Of a DNA stretch of 64,000 bases, positions 1 to 9,933 are shown piece by piece. This DNA comes from Bacteroidota bacterium (lineage in GTDB: Bacteria; Bacteroidota; Bacteroidia; UBA7662; JAYUJN01): positions 1,041 to 65,040 of the forward strand of contig JAYUJN010000055.1 of NCBI GenBank assembly GCA_043765195.1, written 5' to 3'. The notes under the pieces are model-generated. The model saw nothing but the letters and a program-made list of their open reading frames with translations. It was not told the origin of the DNA and did not search any database. The position numbers and the translations under genes are program-made. Numbering within the stretch: the first letter of the stretch is position 1; every line of letters begins with the position of its first letter.

Positions 1-3000
1 TTGTTTACAATCGTGGCAGACAGCCGCACCGTTTCGCCCAGTTTTGCGCTGTTTTGGCTCAGTTTTGTGGTTATTTCTATGGCGCATTTTTCGCTGTTTT
101 GCGGCATTTCGGTGTTGTACCGCACCGATAGCGTGTAGGGCAGGGCATCTTTGCAGTTTTCAAATTTTACCGTAATTTTATTGTTTGTACCCAAAAACTG
201 CTCTAAGTTTTTTACCATTATTTCGCCTTGTTGGTCGGCATCAAAGTGCGCTTTGCCCACCTGCGTGCCGTCTATGCTTACTATCATGTCGCCGCTTTCT
301 TGGGTTCTTTTCGCAAATTTGGCGTAAGCCGTGAGGGCTTTTAGTGCCATTATAGTCGTTTGTGTATTGCCAAAACCGCCCATGGCTTGCCGTTGGGTTA
401 CGATAAATTTTGTGGCTTTTTCTATCATTTCCATGCGTTTTTGCGTGCTTTTTATGCAAGCCATCACGGCTAAACTCGTGGTTTCGGTTTTTAGCCCCGT
501 GCCTTGTGTGTAAGTAATGCTATGCCTTTTGGAGCTAAAAGAACCATCTTGGTTTTGCATCGCCACCAGGCGCAGCACCAAACTTTCGGCTCGCTCGTCG
601 CTGGTGTTTAGCAGCGCATTGGCTACCAACCCAAGCACGTAGGCATCGGGGTTGGTGAGCGCATTTTGGTAGGCGGCTTCCAGTTGTTGGGTTATTTCGT
701 GGTTGTAGCCCGCCTCGCTCAAGCTCCACACAATGTAGGCATTGGTAATGTCTTTGTCCGCCCGCCCAAAGTCGTCGAGTGCCTGCGCCGATTGCTTAAA
801 TCCGCCAGCGTTGTCTTTTCTATCCAGCAGCCAGTTTGCGGTGCGCTCCACCATTTGGCTGTTCACGCCGCCAAAAACCTTGGTCATATCCACAAACTCC
901 ATCAAGCCATAAGCCGAAAGTGCCTCGTGGGCGGGCGTGCCACCAAACCATTCGTAGCCTTTTTCGGCGGTTTCAAAGCTGGTCAGTTTGCCGTAGCCAT
1001 TTTCTATGAGTTGCAATGCCTTTTTTTCGGCACTTGGGTTGTTGGCGTTGGTTTCTCGTAGGTAATCCAGCACCATAATGTTGGGGTAAGTGCTGCTCGA
1101 GGTTTGCTCAAAGCAGCCCGAGGGTTCTTGCAAAATGCTCTCGATGCCCGCCAGCAAATCCGAGAGCGCCGTGGGGTAAGCGGCTACCTGCACCCGCAGG
1201 CTACCAGCAATGGGTTGCGACAGTTTTAGGTCGTAATTGGCTGTTTTTTCAGAGCCAGAAAAAGCCAAATTCACAGGAAAACCCTTCGCCGCAATGGCTA
1301 TTTCTTGCAAAAAGCGGTCTTCTATCCCATTTTCTGTACCAAAACTCACGCCCAAAAGCTGCTTGCCCACTATGTTCTTGGCTACCGAACCTGTTAGGTA
1401 AGTGGTTTTGGTGCTTTTTGGTTCTATGCTTATATTTGGCTCAAAAACAAGCGAGGAAAACGCCTTCGGAGCAGATATTTTGAGCGTTCCTTGCACCGAT
1501 TTATCGGTATTGTTGCTAATTAAAATGGGAATGCTAAACTGGTCGCCGAAGCTCATGGCTACGGGCAGCTTACAATCCAGCCCCAAAGATTTGAAAACAG
1601 AAAAATCGGTTTCGTTGTGGGCTACATTGCCCTGCGAGCAAATGCCCTCGGTCGTTACCGCAAAATTACTCAGCACATCGGCGTTGTAAAACGAAACTTC
1701 GGCTTTGCCCTTCCTATCCGTTTCTATGTTTCCCTTCCAAAAAATGGTGCTGCGAAAATCCTTGCGCTCCACATCGGTTTGCGGTTGGTCGTACATCGGT
1801 GCCGCAAACTCACGGCTGCGGTAGTAAGTTACAGCCTGTGGCATGGGTTGCGGTGGCATCCATAGCCTTTTCATCAGCGCATCGGCTTGTGGTTCTTGCC
1901 TTGCATCGTCCAATCCGTCGGCTAACTTTTTTGCCATTTGCGGCGGTGCTGGTTTCATCATTATTTGGTCTTCTACTGCGCCATTGTTCTGTATTTTTGC
2001 GTCCAAATCCATTTCGTTGGGCATATTTGGCGCATTTACTGTGGGTAATTCCTCAACAATGTCAATCATTACGTTTTTTTCCATTTCGTTTGCTGCGCCC
2101 GCCGCCATTTGCAGTTCCACGCCGCCCCGCATCATGGCTGCCATCGGAAAAACACGGTTTATATAAATGCTCATCGGGTAGTAGCCATACACCATTTCGG
2201 TGGCTTCCAAGCCCTTTTGGGTTTTTATGTGCAGCGTATCGGGTTCATAAAGTAGCAAATCGGTGATTCTAAACGCACCTTTTTTGTCGGTTACGTACTG
2301 TTTTTTGGTCGATGAAACCGTAATTTTTGCATTCGGTTCTGGCTCGCCGTTTTCGCCATAGACTGTTGCTTCTATCACTGCTTTTTCGGTAAGAAACTGC
2401 GCAAACTGGCTCGTATCCGCTTGCAGCATCTGCTGCCACGTAAACCTGCGCCAGCCTTGAGTCAGCAGCAAATTGTCTAAGGCTTGGGCTGCTTTGGGTT
2501 CTTTTTTATCAAAATAAAAATTGGGTTCATACACCTCGCCAGTTACATCGGGTTCGAGCAGCAGCTTACTCAAAATAGTGCCTTGCTTGTCGTCGGCAAA
2601 GCTCAAATTTTTTGCATCTACCACAGCCATAGATAGTTGCGCATCTATGGGCAAGCCGTTGTTGTCGGTAGTTAAAATGCTAAGGGTTACTTTTTCTCGG
2701 GGCTGATACTGTTTTTTATTGGGTTTTACGCTAATGTTTAAGCCGTTTTCGCCGCTTACAAAAACCAGCCGCTCGGCACGCTCTATGTTTTTGGCATCAA
2801 AAAGGGTGATGTGCAGCACGCCCGTGGGTAGGTTTTTGGTTGGTATATTTATGTTAGCCCCAGTTTTTTGGGTAAATGATTTTGTAAAACAAACCTTGCC
2901 TCGCATCTGGGCTAAAAGGTGTATTTCGCCTTTGAGCGTAGCCGCTACTTTTACATTAATTTGGTTGTTTTGTTGCCTCAAAACCTGCATAGCATAGCCA

Positions 3001-4028
3001 TTTTTTAGTGCTTGGGGCAGCTCAAAAGTTTGCTCGCCCAGGCGCAAGTTGTAGCTTTGGTTGGGCGCAGGCGTAAGCTCAAAGCTACCCATGCCATCGT
3101 GGAAGCTCTGAATGTTAGCCACCGTTTCGCCTTTTTGGTTGCGTATGATGCCCGAAATTTCGGCGGGTTTTCCGAACTCATTTACCGCCGCAAAAGCGAT
3201 TTTACACGGCAAACCCACCACCATATCGCCGCCCTCGGGGAAAAACTGTACCACATAATTGCCCAAAACAATGGGTATGGCTCGGCTTATGCTCTCGGTA
3301 TTTCCGTTTATGGTGTAAGAAATATTGAGCAAACCATCGTTGCTATCCAGCTTTTGGGGCAGCGAAAAACCGATTTTCGCCGTGCCTTGGGCATCGGTGG
3401 TGGTGCTTAGTTTTTTGTAAATTTCATTGTTTAGGCTTACCACCATATCCAGTTTTTGATTGGTTATGGCTTCGTTTTTTAGGTTTTTTAGGCTAAAATC
3501 CGCCATCACATTGTCGTTTGCTTTATACGATTTTTGGGTAAAAGTGAGCGTTTGCAGCACACGTGGCAGCACCACTTTTTGTAGCGTAATTTCTTTTTCA
3601 AAAATATAGGGTTTGCCGTCGTTTTTTTGGTGGCTGGTGTACGCCCGCAGCTTATAAATGCCGCCCACGGCATCGGGCAAAAAAGAAAAATCGCCCTGCG
3701 CCACGCCCTTCCGCACAATCAGGCTTAGGGTTTGCTCGGTACTTCCCTTGGGGCTAACCAGCTCCACGTACATAATTTGGCTGGGCGTAACTGCGCTCAG
3801 GTTGCTATCGGAGCGCAAATAAGCCGAAAACCACAGCGTTTCGCCCGACTGGTACAGCGTTTTGTCGGTGTGAACGTAAATGCGCTCGCCCGTGTGCTTT
3901 TGCATAAATTTACCAAAAGTTGTTTTCATTTTTTTTATAAAAGGACTGTCAGGGGTTACAAAAGGGTTAGATGCCGCCAAAGCAAAACTTGTTGCGAGAA
4001 TTAGACAACCGAAGATTATTTTTTTCAT
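1..4028 (-). CDS. Alpha-2-macroglobulin family protein (MG2, bait, thioester domains); 3' end runs off the window
   Basis: Not in the ORF track; translated manually. ATG at 4028 gives MKKIIFGCLILATSFALAA (signal peptide), then ERIYVHTDKTLYQSGETLWF (MG2), FFPEGG, LDNLLLTQGWRRF, DFRSTIFW, thioester motif EPSGCFEQTSS (GCFEQ 1104-1118) and GYEWFG. The same frame is still open at the window edge (..LGETVRLSATIVN). Confidence 0.9.
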   Translation of the reverse strand, partial: MKKIIFGCLILATSFALAASNPFVTPDSPFIKKMKTTFGKFMQKHTGERIYVHTDKTLYQSGETLWFSAYLRSDSNLSAVTPSQIMYVELVSPKGSTEQTLSLIVRKGVAQGDFSFLPDAVGGIYKLRAYTSHQKNDGKPYIFEKEITLQKVVLPRVLQTLTFTQKSYKANDNVMADFSLKNLKNEAITNQKLDMVVSLNNEIYKKLSTTTDAQGTAKIGFSLPQKLDSNDGLLNISYTINGNTESISRAIPIVLGNYVVQFFPEGGDMVVGLPCKIAFAAVNEFGKPAEISGIIRNQKGETVANIQSFHDGMGSFELTPAPNQSYNLRLGEQTFELPQALKNGYAMQVLRQQNNQINVKVAATLKGEIHLLAQMRGKVCFTKSFTQKTGANINIPTKNLPTGVLHITLFDAKNIERAERLVFVSGENGLNISVKPNKKQYQPREKVTLSILTTDNNGLPIDAQLSMAVVDAKNLSFADDKQGTILSKLLLEPDVTGEVYEPNFYFDKKEPKAAQALDNLLLTQGWRRFTWQQMLQADTSQFAQFLTEKAVIEATVYGENGEPEPNAKITVSSTKKQYVTDKKGAFRITDLLLYEPDTLHIKTQKGLEATEMVYGYYPMSIYINRVFPMAAMMRGGVELQMAAGAANEMEKNVMIDIVEELPTVNAPNMPNEMDLDAKIQNNGAVEDQIMMKPAPPQMAKKLADGLDDARQEPQADALMKRLWMPPQPMPQAVTYYRSREFAAPMYDQPQTDVERKDFRSTIFWKGNIETDRKGKAEVSFYNADVLSNFAVTTEGICSQGNVAHNETDFSVFKSLGLDCKLPVAMSFGDQFSIPILISNNTDKSVQGTLKISAPKAFSSLVFEPNISIEPKSTKTTYLTGSVAKNIVGKQLLGVSFGTENGIEDRFLQEIAIAAKGFPVNLAFSGSEKTANYDLKLSQPIAGSLRVQVAAYPTALSDLLAGIESILQEPSGCFEQTSSSTYPNIMVLDYLRETNANNPSAEKKALQLIENGYGKLTSFETAEKGYEWFGGTPAHEALSAYGLMEFVDMTKVFGGVNSQMVERTANWLLDRKDNAGGFKQSAQALDDFGRADKDITNAYIVWSLSEAGYNHEITQQLEAAYQNALTNPDAYVLGLVANALLNTSDERAESLVLRLVAMQNQDGSFSSKRHSITYTQGTGLKTETTSLAVMACIKSTQKRMEMIEKATKFIVTQRQAMGGFGNTQTTIMALKALTAYAKFAKRTQESGDMIVSIDGTQVGKAHFDADQQGEIMVKNLEQFLGTNNKITVKFENCKDALPYTLSVRYNTEMPQNSEKCAIEITTKLSQNSAKLGETVRLSATIVN

Positions 4029-4140
4029 TTTAAGTATCGTTTATGTGCAGTTAAGATGCAAAAGTAAAACAAATTCCATAAATCCCGCAAATCTTTTGCG
4101 TAATTGGCTTATTTTTGTGGTTGAAACTTTGCGAACAAAC

Positions 4141-4890
4141 ATGATACTAAACATAGAAACTTCGGGCGAATATTGCTCGGTAGCCTTGGCGAGCAATGGC
4201 ACGCTCATAAGTCATTTAACCGACATTGCTCCGCTGACCCACGCCGAAAAAATAACGGTTTTTATACACGAAATTTTGACCAAAAACCAACTGCTGCCCA
4301 GCCAGCTACACGCCGTGGCGGTGAGCATCGGTCCGGGGTCGTACACGGGTTTGCGCATTGGGTTGGCGGCAGCCAAAGGCTTGTGCTATGCCCAAAATTT
4401 GCCTTTAATAAGCCTAATTACCCTCGAAACCATGGCTGATGCCTACCTGCAAACCCAAGAAACGGCGCACTTGCCGCCACATACGCAGCTCATACCCATG
4501 ATGGATGCCCGCCGAATGGAGGTATATACGGCTACTTACGACCTACATATTAATAATATAACAGACTGTGAATCAGTGATATTAGACGAAAATTACCTAA
4601 ATAATAAAAACGTCGACGAATTATGCGTGTTTATCGGCAATGGGGCTGAAAAATTAAAGGCATTTAACAAATCGGCACGGTTTTTGGTTAATCCAAGTGG
4701 CTTCACTAACGCTATGTATATGTGTCGGCTATCTTACACAAAATATGTAAAAAAAAGTTTTGAAAACTTGGCTTATATTGAGCCATTTTATTTAAAAGAA
4801 GCGCACATTACCCAACCAAACCAATCTGTAAAAAAAACCAAACCTATAAAAGAAGATGTCGGCTTTACAATTAGACCCCAAAGACCTTAA
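4141..4890 (+). CDS. tsaB: tRNA threonylcarbamoyladenosine biosynthesis protein TsaB
   Basis: MILNIETS start, GPGSYTGLRIG, DARRMEVY and EPFYLK motifs; start moved to ATG 4141. Confidence 0.95.
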   Translation: MILNIETSGEYCSVALASNGTLISHLTDIAPLTHAEKITVFIHEILTKNQLLPSQLHAVAVSIGPGSYTGLRIGLAAAKGLCYAQNLPLISLITLETMADAYLQTQETAHLPPHTQLIPMMDARRMEVYTATYDLHINNITDCESVILDENYLNNKNVDELCVFIGNGAEKLKAFNKSARFLVNPSGFTNAMYMCRLSYTKYVKKSFENLAYIEPFYLKEAHITQPNQSVKKTKPIKEDVGFTIRPQRP

Positions 4891-5149
4891 AACTGCAACC
4901 AAAGTACTGCGTGCCGTAAACCACCCGTTGCGCCTGTCCATTTTACGTTTGATAGAAGAAACGGGCAAATTGAGCGTAACCCAAATTTATTTTAAACTGC
5001 GCATAGAGCAATCGGTGGCTTCGCAGCACCTTGCCATACTGCGTGAAAGCGAGCTTTTGCTGCCCGAGCGTGATGGCAAAAATATATTTTATACCCTAAA
5101 CCACCCGAGGGTAGATGCGGTGAATAATTGTACCCAAATTTTTAAGTAA
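4856..5149 (+). CDS. ArsR/SmtB family transcriptional regulator
   Basis: LRAVNHPLRLSIL...QSVASQHLAILR...DGKNIFY winged-HTH signature. Confidence 0.9.
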   Translation: MSALQLDPKDLKTATKVLRAVNHPLRLSILRLIEETGKLSVTQIYFKLRIEQSVASQHLAILRESELLLPERDGKNIFYTLNHPRVDAVNNCTQIFK

Positions 5150-5518
5150 TTAGGGCTGCTCTTTGTGTAGCTCGGTGTTTATTTCGTTCAAAATTTGCTC
5201 TAATTCCTTGTTTTTTGTTAGTTTATAATACCGAAAAGTATTAAAAAAAGCGGTGTTGCGCACGCCATTTTTCTTAAATATTTCTTCATAGTACGCCTTT
5301 AAGTAAGAAATACGCAGGCTGTCTTCGTTGCGGTATAAAACCGACGACTTGTACGCCTCCACCAAAAAAAGGTCTTTTAGCACTGCTTTTAGCTGCACCG
5401 CCGATAGTTGGTTCTGCCCCAAATTTGGTGGCATTTTGTTTGTTTTTTTTTGCGTATGGGTACAGGCACAAGCCGTACTAATGAGCAAAATAAGTGTTAT
5501 TTTTGTAAAAAAATTCAT
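5150..5518 (-). CDS. Putative lipoprotein (DUF4296-like)
   Basis: Start at 5518, MNFFTKITLILLISTAC with lipobox-like Cys; VLKDLFLVEA and YEEIFKKNGV...FRYY pattern. Confidence 0.65.
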   Translation of the reverse strand: MNFFTKITLILLISTACACTHTQKKTNKMPPNLGQNQLSAVQLKAVLKDLFLVEAYKSSVLYRNEDSLRISYLKAYYEEIFKKNGVRNTAFFNTFRYYKLTKNKELEQILNEINTELHKEQP

Positions 5519-5527
5519 ACTGCAAAA

Positions 5528-6178
5528 ATGCACATCAAAAACAACATAAACAAGATAAATAATTCGCTTATTGGTAGCCGTGCAAAACTGATAGCGGTAT
5601 CTAAAACCAAGCCCGTGGCAGCCATTTTGGAAGCATACGAGGCGGGGCAGCGTGCCTTCGGCGAAAACTACGTGCAAGAGTTTGTGCAAAAACAAAGCGA
5701 ACTACCCCAAGACATACAATGGCATTTTATAGGGCATTTGCAGAGCAACAAAGCCAAGCTCATCGTGCCTTTTGTACATTTAATACACGCCGTGGATAGT
5801 GCTAAGTTGCTGAATACCATAGACATTGCGGCAAAAAAACACGATAAAGTGGTACAATGCCTGCTGCAAGTACACATTGCGCAGGAGGAAACAAAGTTTG
5901 GTTTTAGTGCCGAGGAGCTAACCGATTATTTGAAAACCGATGGTTTTTCTGACCTGAAAAACGTAAAAATTTTGGGACTTATGGGCATGGCTACCAACAC
6001 CAGTGATTTGGTGCAGGTAGAAAAAGAGTTTGTATATCTGAAAAGCATATATGATTTGCACCAAGCCGCCCACGGTTTTACGGAGCTAAGTATGGGCATG
6101 AGCGCCGATTATTTGGTTGGGGCGGCTTGCGGCGCTACTTTGGTGCGCATAGGTAGTTCGGTTTTTGGTGCCAGATAG
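5528..6178 (+). CDS. yggS: Pyridoxal phosphate homeostasis protein YggS
   Basis: LIAVSKTKP, FGENYVQE, WHFIGHLQSNK, LSMGMSAD, VRIGSSVFG. Confidence 0.95.
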   Translation: MHIKNNINKINNSLIGSRAKLIAVSKTKPVAAILEAYEAGQRAFGENYVQEFVQKQSELPQDIQWHFIGHLQSNKAKLIVPFVHLIHAVDSAKLLNTIDIAAKKHDKVVQCLLQVHIAQEETKFGFSAEELTDYLKTDGFSDLKNVKILGLMGMATNTSDLVQVEKEFVYLKSIYDLHQAAHGFTELSMGMSADYLVGAACGATLVRIGSSVFGAR

Positions 6179-6184
6179 CAGCAG

Positions 6185-6586
6185 CTAATCTATGTTTTGG
6201 CAAAGCTCTATGAGTACGCCGTTGGTGGTTTTGGGGTGTAAAAAGCAAACCAGTTTGTTGTCGGCACCTGGCTTGGGTTCGGCACTAAGCAATGTAAAAC
6301 CCTCGCTTGCCAGCCGCTGCATTTCGGCTCTAATGTCTGCTACCAAAAAAGCGATGTGGTGTATGCCCTCGCCCTTTTTTTCTATAAATTTATCTATGGT
6401 TGTATTTGGCGCAGTGGCTTGCAAAAGCTCTATTTTTTGGTTTCCCACCGCAAAAAACGACGTGGCTACGTTTTCGGTTGCCACAATTTCGGTTTTATAG
6501 CTTGCCGTGCCCAGTATCGCCGCAAAAATGGCGTTAGAAACCTCCAAATCTTTTACGGCAATGCCTATGTGTTCTATTTGTTGCAT
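6185..6586 (-). CDS. mce: Methylmalonyl-CoA epimerase (VOC family)
   Basis: IEHIGIAV, KIELL, GEGIHHIAF, FLHPKTTNGVLIELCQ. Confidence 0.92.
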   Translation of the reverse strand: MQQIEHIGIAVKDLEVSNAIFAAILGTASYKTEIVATENVATSFFAVGNQKIELLQATAPNTTIDKFIEKKGEGIHHIAFLVADIRAEMQRLASEGFTLLSAEPKPGADNKLVCFLHPKTTNGVLIELCQNID

Positions 6587-6610
6587 GGTGGGAATTGGAG
6601 ATTAGGGTTG
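6511..6610. repeat. 100-bp direct repeat, copy 1 (mce 5' end plus upstream bases)
   Basis: Aligns with 9934-10033 with about 6 mismatches. Confidence 0.93.
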
Positions 6611-6660
6611 GGTTGAGAGAAGCACAATGTGCGGTATGTTTTGCGCTCAAAATTACAAAA

Positions 6661-6693
6661 AAACCTTTGAAAATCTATGATTTTCAAAGGTTT
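6661..6693 (-). terminator. Intrinsic terminator downstream of the TonB-dependent receptor
   Basis: AAACCTTTGAAAATC-TAT-GATTTTCAAAGGTTT perfect stem, with an A-run on the left (U-tail on the minus strand). Confidence 0.75.
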
Positions 6694-6813
6694 GATAATT
6701 TTTTCTTAAATATTTGCCCCCAAACCACAACCCGTGCCACCAAAAACCTCGGTTTATGGCTTGTGCCGAATGTTGTGCGCAGACTTTTTATCCGAATGGT
6801 TGGGTTTGCCTAT

Positions 6814-9048
6814 TTATAGTTTTAGCCCAATTCCCAAATTGAAGGTAATGCCTTCGCCGGGCATTATGCCGGGACCAGGATAACCGCCTGCTCGTCTTGT
6901 GGCGTACTTGGTATCGGTCAAATTATTGATACCAAACTTAACATTGTAGATTTTTAAAAATTTGTATTCCATCGCTAAATCATAAATTTGATAACCCTCA
7001 ATTTTTCCGACGGTGCCAGTTGCGTTGGGCGTTTCGGTATTTGTGGCATCGGCAAATACATCGCTTGAAATACGGGTTTGGATAGTTGCCGAAAACCCTT
7101 TTAGAGCGTAGGTAAGCCCGATATTGTGTATCTGATTTGGGGCATATTCCACCCTATTGTTTTTGAGATTTGTTTCTTTGATTACCACATTTGGAACTGT
7201 ACCAGAAATCGTGGTTGTCTTAAAATCTGTATATTCGGCATTAATGAATGCCAATGAAGCAAAAAGGTTCAAGCCGCCAGCCCTTTTATCAAGTTTGAGG
7301 AACTTGCTTATATTCACATCTATGTACGCCTCAATGCCTTTATTTGCCGACTTGCCAAGGTTGGTTCTAAACTGGTAAGTTGCTTTTGTAGGGTCATTGT
7401 CTATGTACTTTCTGATTGTGCCGATTCGGTCGTTGTATTGAATATAAAATGCGCTAACATCAAAATCAAGAAAATCAAATAACGAACCTCTATAGCCCAA
7501 ATCGGCGTTGAACCCGTTGGCATCTTTTAGATTTGCGTCAATCACATCGGTGGTAGATGGCGGAGTGATGTCCGAAAACAAAACGGGGCGGTAGGCTTGC
7601 GAATAATTGGCGTAAAAACCCGTCGTTTTTAGTTTGTACTCCAATCCAATACCTGCCAGCAGCAAATTTCGGTTGGTTGATGCAGGAGTTACAGTAATTT
7701 CCGTTGTGCCTGTGGTATTTAAAAAGCCCTTGATGTCGGAGCTAATTTTTTCGTAGCGTATGCCGGGTGTAATGTTCAATTTTTCTGTTATTTTAAATTG
7801 GTTTTCAGCAAAAACCGCCACATTGTTGGTCGTAAACGCTATTTCCGCAGGAAATTTAGCCGTCAAAATATCGGTGTTGTAATCAAATCCAGTATCGCCT
7901 TTGCCCCTTTGCTTTCTGGTAGTGTTCGCCTTATAAACCCTTGCGCCAAAGGCAAGATTACTCTTGTTATTCAGTAAGTTATAAGTGTAAACGCCTCTCA
8001 ATTCAGAGCCAATATTTTTATAAAAATCCCTATCTATTTGCCTATTGTTGTAGCTATTTGTGGTCGTATTTATGGTGTCGGCGATGTTTGGCGCAGCTAT
8101 AAAGCCAATACTATTTCTTTCGCCTACCAAGCCGAATACTTTTAGATTCAAGGCGAATTTGTCATTTATTTTGGTGTCAAAATTGATAGCGGCTACATTC
8201 CAAGGCGTGCTAAACCAGTTGCGTTGGCGCACCGATTGTTGGTTATTTTCTTTAAATTGTGCGTCTGTAAGCCCGCCTGATTGCTGGATTTCGTAATCCA
8301 TATTGGTGTATTCGGCAGAAATATTGGTGTTTTCGTTGATTTTATATTGCAGATAAGCGTGCGTATTTCTTACTTCGTACTTGCCATTTTGTCGCCAACC
8401 ATTTCCTTTGCGATAGTGATTATAGGCATAAAAGTTCCATCTTTTTGTATTGCCACTGATAGCATTGTAGGAACTCAACATACCGTAGCTGCCGATGGTG
8501 TTTTGGGTTTGGAAAGCAAATGGTTTGTCGGCAGTTTCTTTTTTTAGCTTATAATTCAATAATCCGCCAAATTGGGAGCCAAATTGGAGTGACGCACCAC
8601 CTCGCACCACTTCTATCTTTTCCACAGCTTCCATCGGCGGATTGTAGTACGCCTCTGGGTAGCCAAACACGTCGCTGGATATGTCGTAGCCATTTTGTCG
8701 GGTGTTGAACTCCCAACTTCTATTCGGGTTCAGTCCCCTAACGCCGATAGAAACCTGCGTACCAGAGCCGTCATTTTCCCATATAGTAACGCCGGGAACT
8801 CTTGAAAATAATTGGCGTGGATTGTTGGTCGCAAGGTTTGCGTCAATACTTGAAAGCCGAATAACCTCACTTTTTTTGCCCGAAAAAATGGCGAAGTCTT
8901 CCACTTCTCGCAATCTTTCTGGCACGGCTCTTTTGCTTTGTACGGTTATTTCTGGCAGTTGTGTTAGTTGGGTGGTGTCGCTCGTTTCCCGTTGAGCAAA
9001 TACCGAAATGCTTATCAGCAGGAATGGTAATACCAAAGACTTTTTCAT
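6814..9048 (-). CDS. TonB-dependent outer membrane receptor, FecA-like iron uptake type
   Basis: Signal peptide, plug motif IEVVRGGASLQFG, C-terminal FGINNLTDTKY beta-barrel end; Fur-like box upstream. Confidence 0.9.
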   Translation of the reverse strand: MKKSLVLPFLLISISVFAQRETSDTTQLTQLPEITVQSKRAVPERLREVEDFAIFSGKKSEVIRLSSIDANLATNNPRQLFSRVPGVTIWENDGSGTQVSIGVRGLNPNRSWEFNTRQNGYDISSDVFGYPEAYYNPPMEAVEKIEVVRGGASLQFGSQFGGLLNYKLKKETADKPFAFQTQNTIGSYGMLSSYNAISGNTKRWNFYAYNHYRKGNGWRQNGKYEVRNTHAYLQYKINENTNISAEYTNMDYEIQQSGGLTDAQFKENNQQSVRQRNWFSTPWNVAAINFDTKINDKFALNLKVFGLVGERNSIGFIAAPNIADTINTTTNSYNNRQIDRDFYKNIGSELRGVYTYNLLNNKSNLAFGARVYKANTTRKQRGKGDTGFDYNTDILTAKFPAEIAFTTNNVAVFAENQFKITEKLNITPGIRYEKISSDIKGFLNTTGTTEITVTPASTNRNLLLAGIGLEYKLKTTGFYANYSQAYRPVLFSDITPPSTTDVIDANLKDANGFNADLGYRGSLFDFLDFDVSAFYIQYNDRIGTIRKYIDNDPTKATYQFRTNLGKSANKGIEAYIDVNISKFLKLDKRAGGLNLFASLAFINAEYTDFKTTTISGTVPNVVIKETNLKNNRVEYAPNQIHNIGLTYALKGFSATIQTRISSDVFADATNTETPNATGTVGKIEGYQIYDLAMEYKFLKIYNVKFGINNLTDTKYATRRAGGYPGPGIMPGEGITFNLGIGLKL

Positions 9049-9049
9049 T

Positions 9050-9072
9050 TTATTTAGACTAATTAAAAATTA
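9050..9072 (-). promoter_or_regulatory. Putative Fur box upstream of the TonB receptor; -7 box TATTTTTG at about 9078-9085
   Basis: TTATTTAGACTAATTAAAAATTA imperfect AT-rich palindrome resembling Bacteroidota Fur boxes, directly 5' of the ATG. Confidence 0.6.
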
Positions 9073-9128
9073 AGTCGCAAAAATACAACCACAAAACGAA
9101 TAAAATTTTAGAATACGGGAAAAGAGTT

Positions 9129-9866
9129 TTAGTTATTGGGAAAAACTTGCTTCAACTGCTCAGTTGGCGAAATGCCGAAATAGTTTTTGTACGCTTGGCT
9201 GAAACTACTCAAAGAAGAATAACCAACATCGTGGGCTATTTCGGTGATGTTAGGATTGTGGTTTTGGAGGAGATGCCTCGCTTTAATCATTCTATTTTCT
9301 TGAATAAACTCAAAAACCGTTTGTTCAAAAACCTCCTTAAATCCCTTTTTTAAGTAGCATTGGTTAGTACCAACATTGCCTGCTATGATTGGAATGGTCA
9401 GGTTGTTGGCTAAATTGTCAAGAATATATTTTTTGGCTAACTGGATTTTTTCAACTTCAACAGGTTTGTTTAAAATAGCGCAGCTATCGCAACCTACTTG
9501 AAAAACAAGGCTATTTCTTTGAGATTGATACAGCAAAAATAAAATGGTACTCTCCAAAAATATTTTTCGGTGAATATTCGTCAGCTTGCATTTGATAATA
9601 TCCAAAAGCCGTGACTGCGTGTTACAGCAAATGGTCTGTTTTTCTATGTTGATGTCCAGCGGTTCGTTGTACTTTTCTAAGTAACTTTTTGAAATTCTGA
9701 TTTGAAATTCATAATTATTTTCTGCCAAATCAAATAAGCAGTCATTTGCATTTAGCCCAAACGATAAATAAATACAGGTAGCGTCTTGAGTTGTTACACA
9801 AAATGAGCTGTCAATTTTAGGATTGATTTTGGTCGTTAAATAAATAAATTCGTTTATAAATTCCAT
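9129..9866 (-). CDS. AraC family transcriptional regulator
   Basis: C-terminal double HTH (LKKGFKEVF...ITEIAHDVGYSSLSSFSQAYKNYFGISP). Confidence 0.92.
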   Translation of the reverse strand: MEFINEFIYLTTKINPKIDSSFCVTTQDATCIYLSFGLNANDCLFDLAENNYEFQIRISKSYLEKYNEPLDINIEKQTICCNTQSRLLDIIKCKLTNIHRKIFLESTILFLLYQSQRNSLVFQVGCDSCAILNKPVEVEKIQLAKKYILDNLANNLTIPIIAGNVGTNQCYLKKGFKEVFEQTVFEFIQENRMIKARHLLQNHNPNITEIAHDVGYSSLSSFSQAYKNYFGISPTEQLKQVFPNN

Positions 9867-9933
9867 ACTTTAAGTGCTATTTTTGATGTTGTTTCCATAA
9901 GATTCCGTGCAACAGTCTGGGGTTTGGTGTATT

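Noticed and set aside
241-4004. Many short ORFs in the track
   Set aside because: They are antisense or off-frame shadows of the alpha-2-macroglobulin gene.
4856-4890. 35-bp overlap of tsaB and the ArsR gene as a possible frameshift fusion
   Set aside because: Both proteins are complete; the tsaB tail past EPFYLK looks like a dispensable extension.
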